A DNA stretch of 64,000 nucleotides, taken from the NCBI RefSeq assembly GCF_009914755.1, contig NC_060930.1, one strand, 5' to 3'. The notes beneath the pieces are model-generated. The model saw nothing but the letters and a program-made list of their open reading frames with translations, was not told where the DNA came from and ran no database searches. Both the position numbers and the translations under genes were made by a program. Positions 55,932 through 64,000 of this stretch are shown here, piece after piece. This stretch comes from the human T2T-CHM13v2.0 reference genome, Homo sapiens. Each line of letters begins with the position of its first letter. Position 1 is the stretch's first letter.

Positions 55932-56146
55932 TTAAGACGTGGAAGTGGTCCTGTGAAAGCAAAAGTGGACCAGTCAAGAGCAAAGATCGAGGCAAGTTTT
56001 TTGAGGGATTTTTTGAGGGTTGCTCAAGACATTTTGCTTGTCAACTTTCTGAAGGACCAAGAATGATAACATCTGCTTATTATGAGAGTGTTTTGAGAAA
56101 GTTAGCCAAACCTTTAGCAGAAAAATTGGGAAAGCTTCACTAGCGA

Positions 56147-56454
56147 GTTTTTTGCTTGTTTGTTTGGTTTTTTTGAGATCGAGTCTCACTCTGTCACCCA
56201 GGCTGGAGTATAATCACCCCATTTCCGCTCACTGCAACCCCTGCATCCCAGGTTCAAGCCATTCTCCTGCCTCACCCTCCTGATTAGCTGGGATTACAGA
56301 CGTGTGCCACCATGCCTGGCTAATTTTTGTATTTTTGTAGAGATGAGTTTCACCATGTTGGCCAGGCTGGTCTGGAACTCCTGACTTCAGGTGATTCACC
56401 CACCTCGGCCTCCCAAAGTGCTGAGATTACAGGCATGAGCCACTGTGTCTGGCC
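56147..56454 (-). mobile_element. AluS inside Hsmar2
   Basis: Antisense full dimer; the mariner sequence resumes on both sides. Confidence 0.93.
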
Positions 56455-56859
56455 AAGAGAGTCCTTTACTACAACAATGCTCCTGCTCATTCCTCTCATC
56501 AAACAAAGGCAATTTTAAGAGCATTTTGATGGGAAATTGTTAGGCATTTATCTTACAGTCGTGATGTGGCTCCTTGTGACTTCTTTTTGTTTCCTAATCT
56601 TAAAATAGCCTGTAAGTGGCATCAATTTTACTTCAGTTAAAAATTTAAAAGGACTGCATTGACATGGTGAAATTCCCAGGACCCTCAGTTCCTTAGGTAA
56701 GGACTACATGGCTGGCATCATCACTTACAAATTCACACATGTCTTGAACTTGATGAAGCTTATGTTGAGAAGTAAAGCTTATATTTTTATGTTTTAATTC
56801 AATTTTTCCACAAACTTTTTGAAGTCCTCTTGTATTTCTAGCGTGTCCCCTTTTCCTTC

Positions 56860-57300
56860 TCACATCTTTCTCTCCCATATTATAGCAACTTTGAGCTTCC
56901 TATCATCTCTGAATTAAGAGTTCTTATTAGGGAGCTATGCTATTTCTGTTATTTGGAGGACCTTTCCTTAATCCCTCTTTGCTTAGAAAACTCTTACTCA
57001 TCCATTCATATAGCTTTACCGTGAAAACTTTTATGATTCTCCAGTATGGGGAATTAGAGAACACTGTGCACTTTGCTTCCCTACAATGCTTTCTTCAAAA
57101 CATCATAATTGGCCTTTTCCTGGTTTTATATTACGTATTACCTGCCACTTTGCTTGTCTCATTTCCCATCTTATAAATGCCCTTAAAACAGGACTCACAT
57201 CTTTTTTTTTTTTTGAGAAGGACTCACATGTTAATTACATTTTCTAGCATACTCTTCAGCACACACTAGCAACACAATGCATGCTTGATGACTGAATTAT
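56860..57300 (+). mobile_element. L2 3' portion
   Basis: aaactcttactcatccattca...gcttgtctcatttccc...aggactcacat...gcttgatgactgaat. Confidence 0.55.
57204..57218 (-). mobile_element. Extremely 5'-truncated Alu-like insertion (TCTC plus poly-A)
   Basis: T-run plus GAGA flanked by a 14-bp TSD AGGACTCACAT(C/G)TT. Confidence 0.7.
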
Positions 57301-59448
57301 AATCATTGATTACTTCACCCCATAAAATAACAGATGAAGAAATATAGAAAGACAGCTGTACACATATAGAGCAATCAAGTCAATTATATATTTATTCATT
57401 AGAAGATTCTGTTGTTAACTGTTAATAATCATTTTCACCAGTCAATTGGAAAGTCTATGTCAGCAGAACTAACAGAAATGTTACTTTTTAATTCTCAGCT
57501 ATCTTTCTCCTAGTCAATTTAGTCATTTAGCAAATGTCAAGACCTTTTTTTAAATATTCATCATTTTTAGGGTTAAGCAATTTGGCATCTATGCAGTCCT
57601 TTTTCCCATAACCTTGTTACCAAGTGATAAATTACAATGAGAGAGAGCCCTCAATCTAATTCTGCCATACCAAAAATGTGTTACTATAATATGTTAACAA
57701 GTGGGCACAAACACAGTCAGACACTGAAGTATAGGGAGATTCCATTCTGCGCCTCAGGCATTCCAACTAATCCCTTGCACAGAAAGTGCAGGAAGGTAGG
57801 CATGACTACTGTCTAGTGGCCAGAGTCCATACTTATAAATGAATCTGACGATTGGACCTCCATCGATTGGAGGGATGCAGGGACTCTGAATGTAGAAGGC
57901 TACAAATGATGGTCTTAAAACCTCCATGTTTGCTGGACTTTTATTTCATTCCATGGGTGAAAAGTAATCATGCCTGACAGTGTTAATTTCTGCTGAAAGC
58001 AAACTTTATGCTATTTAACACTCCTACTCTCTGGAGTTTCTGATTGGGCTTCTTCAAATATTAACTGACATTTGCAGCCAAACACCACACCATTTATCCA
58101 GAAGTATTATTAAAATAAACCATTTCACAAACAAAATAAGGACATTTTTTATTATCACTATTTTAACCCTGTGTTATTCTCCTATCCATCTGCACCTCAC
58201 TTTAATTCATGAACAAAAAGAATCTTTGGTATCAAGGATAATATTAAAATTAGAAAGAAAGCCACTTGGTCTTTGTCCTTATGTTGTTTACAGAATGCTC
58301 CACGCTGGGGTACTATTTTGAAAACCTGGCATTTTTTGATTACATGTAATCTGACTTGTTGAGGATCTAGAGTGCAGAAATATTGTATGCATGTAAATGG
58401 TGAAAGGAAGAGGTTTTTGTCTCCTTGGCAATTCATCCCCATTATCAGTCTACCTAAAAATTGTCTCCCGCCATTACATAGAAGCACTTTGTACTTTGTA
58501 AAATAAACTATTGCAGATGTTATTAAAATAAACTGTTATGCAGACCATATGAGGATATTATTTGCTGCATTATCAAGTTCTCAACTTGGAATTAGTGACT
58601 GAAATCATCAAAGTTGTTTATTGCATCTCTTTCTGGCATTGCTATTATTATTATTTGCATTTATTGGTCATTTATATAAATATTATGAAAACAATATGTT
58701 TATTTGAAAAACAAAGTATTTATTCTTCATTTATTTGGTAAATATTTATAAACAGAGGATATGTGAAAAGAACATCCCACAAGTTAAATGCTTTTTAAAA
58801 GAGAAAACATTTTCTACTTCAGATTTGCTGGAGAAAATGAAATACTGTGTTTTAAACTCATCAGTATTTTTGAGCATAGAAATCGCTCTATAAATCTCTC
58901 TTTGAAAAAGGAAAATATAAAATCAGAAATGTTAGTCAGCTTTAAAGCAAATAAACAGATTTAATTAAGAGGAAATTTTGAAACAAATCTCACAAACTTA
59001 AAATATCTTTGTTTATTCAGATGTGTTGCACATAACTTCTGTTAACAAAACAAACAGATTAAATGTCCATATTGCTAGGCAAAGTATGTCTGTTAAATAA
59101 AGGTGTTGAAGTAATCTGTTAAATGTTAAATTTAACTCTGAAAGATTAAATAGTAGGTTGCTTAGGTCAGAAATTCAATAAAAAATTCTCTAAGCATTCT
59201 CTTGCTATCAAATTGCTTTATTTATGTCATGGAGGTTTAATCTTTAGAGCTATGACATTTCCAAAAAATATATACTTTGCTTTGTTTGAGAAAAAATTGC
59301 ATTGTGCCATAACATGATTTTCATAAAAGTTTAAACAATGTCTTGAAAAAGTAAAGCTAAAAGTTTATTAAGCCCAAATATAACCATGTATTTTATTTAT
59401 ACTTTGACAGATGCCTACAGAATTCAAAGTCTAAATAGGTAATAGGTA

Positions 59449-60061
59449 CAGCAGGACTTTGAATAAGATTGTTTCATCCAGGGTTTTTTCACTAGAATGT
59501 GAATTAGATTAAAAAAACAAACAAAAAAAACCCATCACTTTCCAGCCAGGGCCTCTGTCTGTGTGGGGTCTGCATGCTTTCCCCAGGCCTGCCTGGGTTT
59601 GCTCCAGGTCCTCTGATTTCCTCCCACATCCAGATGTGCCTGTTAGGTTCATCAGCACATCTACACAGTCCCAGTGTGAGTGAGAGTGGTGTGGGTGTGA
59701 GTGCGCCCTGTGATGGGATGGCATCCTGTCCGGGGCATTTTCCTGCCTGGCATCCTGAGCTGCAGGGATAGGCTCTGGCCACCTGCAACCCTGAACTGGA
59801 ATAATTGGGTAAATCATGATCTTACTTGTTTTTATTAATCATTCTTAAATGTATGTATAGTTCACATTTGTTTCAATGTCAGAAGTGTTTTGGGTCTTTA
59901 TTTAGAAGTTTGGTGATGTTTTTGCAACCAGAAATATGCCATAGGAATTTCACTTTTGTTTGGATCAAATAGCCTGTGGTCAAATTGGTTTCCTTATAGT
60001 TATTTTGCTTAAAGGAACAGTTTCCAAGAACCTGTAGACAACATTCAGTGAGGACATACTG
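59449..60061. mobile_element. MER6 (MER6A-like) TcMar-Tigger element
   Basis: TA-flanked TIRs CAGCAGGAC / GGACATACTG; internal tctgtgtggggtctgcatg..gatttcctcccacatcc..ccctgtgatgggatggcatcctgtccgggg..gggataggctctgg. Confidence 0.88.
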
Positions 60062-60559
60062 TAGTTGGTACAGTGTATCAGATGCTTCCAAGGGAAACCA
60101 TGGTTGGACATACAGATTTTGGAGTTATCTGAACTGAGTAAATAAGTGACTGAATTTGTCAAGTCAAAAAGTGTAGCAGAGAAGAGTCCATGGCCAAGGA
60201 GGAAATTTTATTGCTATTTCTTCCTTCCCAGATAGTATATGGTTGCATCATATTATAAATTTAAACATATTCAATTAATAAGTAGTTTCTTTAAGACGAA
60301 TTTGGAGCTACTGAAAACCAGTTTGGAGTATATAGATTCTATAGTCATACAACCGTGCTACAAATACTTTAAACTGAAAGTATAGTCACAATGATACAAA
60401 GACACACAGAAAGGTTGCAAGCCTATTAAGAGTCAGATGAGAGTCTGAAGTTGTGAAAGTACGTAAATGATATGTGTATTTAGGTTAACAGCAAAGGGGT
60501 GGATTTTGATTATGAAGGCGAGGTTATCCTGAAACCTCTCATCCTGCAGGGAGGGCTCC

Positions 60560-60773
60560 AGGAGAGTGAAAGTGCCCAAGTCCTTTTAAGGCCTAGGCTT
60601 GAAACTGGCATACTGCCACTTCCACAGCAATTGATTGGCCAAAGCAAGTCTGATTCAAGAGGTCGGGAAACAGATTCTAGCTGTTGATTGGAGGAGCTGC
60701 AAAGTCACATTTCAAAGAATGTTTATATAAACAGGGATGAAAATTTTGGCCAATTTCACATACATCTACAACA
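60560..60773 (-). mobile_element. Old MLT1 (H/I/J-like) LTR fragment
   Basis: aggcctaggcttgaaactggca..ccacttcc..attggccaaagcaagtc..ggaggagctgcaaagtcacatt. Confidence 0.7.
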
Positions 60774-60820
60774 TGAAGATCCTATTAAAGAAAAAAAAAA
60801 CAGATGAAAAACACATTGAT

Positions 60821-60992
60821 TAGTGTCTCCCAAATTTTAATATGAAAAAGAACTATTTTGGATATTTATTAAAATTCAAATCCCTGGGCCATATCCCATA
60901 ATATGATAGTAGGTCTAGTTTTCTAGAATCTTAAACAAAGCTATTCATCTCCCTAGTGATTTTGATAGAGATGGTCTAATGACTCTCCAGTG
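60821..60992. mobile_element. MER5-type hAT MITE
   Basis: tagtgtctcccaaatttt...ttattaaaattcaaatccctgggcc...ctccctagtgattttgat. Confidence 0.55.
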
Positions 60993-61102
60993 ATGGAGAG
61001 AAAGAAATTTTATACTGGAGTAATGAAGAGTGAATTATTACAGGAAAAAAATAGTTAAGCAGGTGAAAACTGTTCAAAGGTTATCCCCTTCATTCGTTAC
61101 TA

Positions 61103-61180
61103 CAGATTGAGTATTCCTTATCTGAAATGCTTAACACCAGAAATGTTTTTGGACTCCAGATGTTTTTGGATTTGGGCATA
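61103..61180. mobile_element. Tigger4/MER46 end fragment
   Basis: TA|CAGATTGAGTATTCCTTATCTGAAATGCTT...tttttggatttggg. Confidence 0.75.
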
Positions 61181-62021
61181 CAAAAATACTTGTGAAGCCA
61201 TCCTACCATCAAGATAATTGAAGTATTGTCACCTAAAGAGTTCCTTCTCACACTTTTCTAACTGCTTCCCCCAGCTCTTCTTGGATCCACTGATCTACTT
61301 TCTATCACTACAGATGAGTCGGCTTTTTCTAGAAGTTTACATATGTATGTAATCAATGGTATGTATTCTTTACTCTCTGGCTTCTTTAATGTATGATTAT
61401 TTTGAGGCTTATGCATGTTTTTGTATGTATCAATAGTTCATTCCTCTTTATTACTGTGTAGTATCTCATTGTGTGGATATACCACAATTGATGTATCCAT
61501 TCACCTTTTGATGGATATTTGTTTTATTTAAAGTTTTTGGCTTCTATATATATTCACATACAGGTTTTTGTGTAAAGAAGTTCTCATTTACCTTGGTTTA
61601 ACACCTAAGAGTAAGATTGCTGGGCCATCTGGTCATATGGTATGCTTACCTTTCTAAGAAACCACCAAACTGTTTTCCAAAGTGGTTGCACCATTCTACA
61701 TTTTCATCATCTGGGTATGAGAGTCCCAAGTGCTGCACATCCTTGTCAACATTTGGTATGGTCAGTCTTTTTAATTTCATGCATTCTGCTCAGTGTATCT
61801 TCTCATTGTGGCTTTAGTATACATTTCGCTGATAATTAATGATGATGAACACTTTTTAAGGTCCAGAATTTCCAGATATATATTTTATTTGGTTAAGCAC
61901 TTATTCAGATCTTTTGCCCATTTTTTAAAATTAGGTATGCTTTTAAATTTTGTTTCATTTTTTAGATTTTTAAGTATTCTTTATATATTCTAGATATAAG
62001 GTTTTTTTTCAGATATGTGGG

Positions 62022-62093
62022 TTTTTTTTGTTTGTTTGAGACAGAGTCTTGCTCTGTCACCCAGGATGGAGTGCAGTGGTGTGATTTTGGCTC
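62022..62093 (-). mobile_element. Alu 3'-terminal fragment
   Basis: T-tail plus gagacagagtcttgctctgtcacccagg.tggagtgcagtgg. Confidence 0.88.
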
Positions 62094-62354
62094 TTTCTGT
62101 TATTGCAAAATAACAAATATTAATTTTGATGAAGTCCAATTTATCATCTCTTAAAATTTTATGGCTCATGATTTTGATATCATATCTCAGAAATATTTGC
62201 TTAATCTGAGAACATGAAGTTTCTATCTTTGCTTCCAAAAGTTTTATATTTTCAAGTAGTATATTTTAAGTCTGTTTCATTTTAAGTTAATATTTGTATA
62301 TGGTGTGAGGTGTGTATCAAAGTTTTTGTCATTGCATTGTTTTGTTTTGTTTTG

Positions 62355-62714
62355 TGTTATGGTTTGAGTGTGTCCCTCAAATTTCATGTTTTAGAAACAT
62401 AATCCCCAAATTTCTGTGTTGATTGGGGGTGAGGCCATTGGGAGGTAATTAGGATTGCATAAGGTCATGAAGGTGGGGCCTCCATGATGGGACTGGTGGC
62501 TTTACAAAAAGAGGGAGACCTGAGCTGATACACACTCTCGCTCTCATGCCTTATGTGATGCCCTCTGCCATGTTATCATGCACTAAGAAGGCCCTCACCA
62601 GTTGCCAGTGCCATACTTTTGAACCTTGCAGATTCCATAAATGTAAAAAATAATATTTTGAAATAGATACTCACTATGGTATTTTGTTGGAGCAACAGAA
62701 TACAAAGTAAGACA
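62355..62714 (+). mobile_element. MSTD-like MaLR solo LTR
   Basis: TGTTATGGTTTG...catgatgggactggtggcttta..aagaaggccctcacca...TAAGACA. Confidence 0.8.
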
Positions 62715-64000
62715 TTTTACTTGTTTTTTTTATTTTCTTTTGGCATAATTTTATTCACTCGTTTAGTACTATTTGTTGAAAGATTATCCTTTATCCACTA
62801 AATTGCCTCTGTACCGTTGTTGAAAATCACTCGGCATATGTGAAAACCTGTTTTTGAGTTCTGTACCATTAACTGATTTGTGTATCTTTATGCCTCACTA
62901 TTTTGATTAATATAGTTTCTAGTTTGCTGAGAGTTTAAATTGGAAATGACTATGAGATTTCATCCAGTCCTTTTTATGAATATTTGCAGGGTATATACAT
63001 TTTTTTAAATTTAAACTCTTGTTATGGTGCAATGCATTAATTGATTTTCAAATTTTGAACCATTGTACTCTGGAGAAAAGAATGCAAATGATATTCTTCC
63101 GTTAGCAAAGAATTACTTTAGTGAAATATGGTTAATTGTGTTCATATAACTGAAGCTCAGCAGGGTGTGTGCCTACCTTATACTATTTAAAATAAATTTG
63201 AGGGCATTTTGAATACTTTTGACTTTGCTTTATTATTTATAGCAACTAAGTACTAAAAATGCAGATCAACATGGTTAACAAGTTTGCTACCTGAAACAAC
63301 AATTTCGAATAGATGTATATGTATTCTATTCAATCTAGTTAAAACTATTGTTGTTTTATACCCTACAGAGAATTTCGTTAATTATCCCTAAAATTTTTGT
63401 AACACAGATTCAATTTAGGCAATATGTTTCATAGTTCTGCTGTTCTGCTAAAGACAAATACAGAAATTATAATCAGAAGGCTTAATCAGCTGTGGCAAAG
63501 TACAAATGAGGCAAAACCATAGTACGTTTATTTCATTATCTAAATTTGCAAACTTTGCCTCAACGTTTAAAGAAAAACAACCCAATTAAATCAGATGAAG
63601 GATAAACAGACTTCTCAGCAGAGATACTTCAACTGAGCTAGTATAATATGCTGCCCATTATAAAGTAGTCTCTTACAGATATTGATTACATTATTCTTTT
63701 CTACTGTTGTAACTGAGTTAGAAAAATATAATTCAGCATCTTATACTCTCTGTAAAGAAATATTTTTTCATTCCATTTGTGTCCTCCAGATAATGCAATA
63801 GTATGTCTATTATAAGAGTATTTTATTATTTTTGTTATTTCTTTTTTAAAAAGACCTCATCAATTAATAGTTAATCATAATTGATTTATACATCTGAGAA
63901 AACAGAATAGTTTAATTGGAATGTTGGCATATGGCACAACAAAGTTTTACTATCATTTATGTAGCCATTATAAAGTGATTTTTGGATTGTTAGACTTACA

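Larger units (their letters stand above)
50156..56832 (+). mobile_element. Hsmar2 mariner transposon, full length, split by an ERV1 provirus and an Alu (pieces 50156-50881, 55932-56146, 56455-56832)
   Basis: TIRs GAGGGGTCTTCAAAAAG / CTTTTTGAAGTCCTCTTG with flanking TA. Decayed transposase from ATG 50334 (MNFAKIEA..KFMVKLGWRNGEII), IVTGDKT at ~50801, GSGPVKAK at ~55940, YNNAPAH at ~56468, YSRDVAPCDFFLFPNLK at ~56554. Confidence 0.92.
61185..62900 (-). mobile_element. L1MB-type 3' region, interrupted by an Alu fragment and an MST LTR
   Basis: gtatcaatagttcattcctctttatt..gtggatataccacaatt, ccaaactgttttccaaagtggttgcacc, taattttgatgaagtccaatttatc. Confidence 0.85.

Noticed and set aside
58197-58487. 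96-aa minus-strand ORF in unique DNA
   Set aside because: Non-ATG start and no recognisable family; length is compatible with chance.

Overview
AT-rich, repeat-dense primate genomic DNA. It carries Alu, L1PA, THE1/MST and MER61 elements, and a young L1PA2/3-type copy suggests ape or human. It looks intergenic or deep-intronic. I found no host protein-coding gene, RNA gene, CpG island or CRISPR array that I can support; nearly all supplied ORFs are repeat-derived or chance. The main structure is a nested cluster at about 49.8-56.8 kb. A MER2 MITE abuts a full-length Hsmar2 mariner. The mariner is split by a two-LTR MER61-type ERV1 provirus (tRNA-Lys PBS, PPT, splice sites, gag/env relics) and by an Alu, and a second Alu sits inside the provirus. 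Other notable items: two ~110-130 bp non-tandem duplications with ~1 kb spacing, a template-switch palindrome, a doubly truncated THE1 inside an L1, an Alu-like insertion reduced to 4 nt plus poly(A), a ~360 bp pyrimidine tract, and a 27-nt microexon-like sequence. I do not see a convincing new biological system. Repeat subfamily names come from recalled consensus sequences rather than a search, and boundaries of old repeats are approximate.
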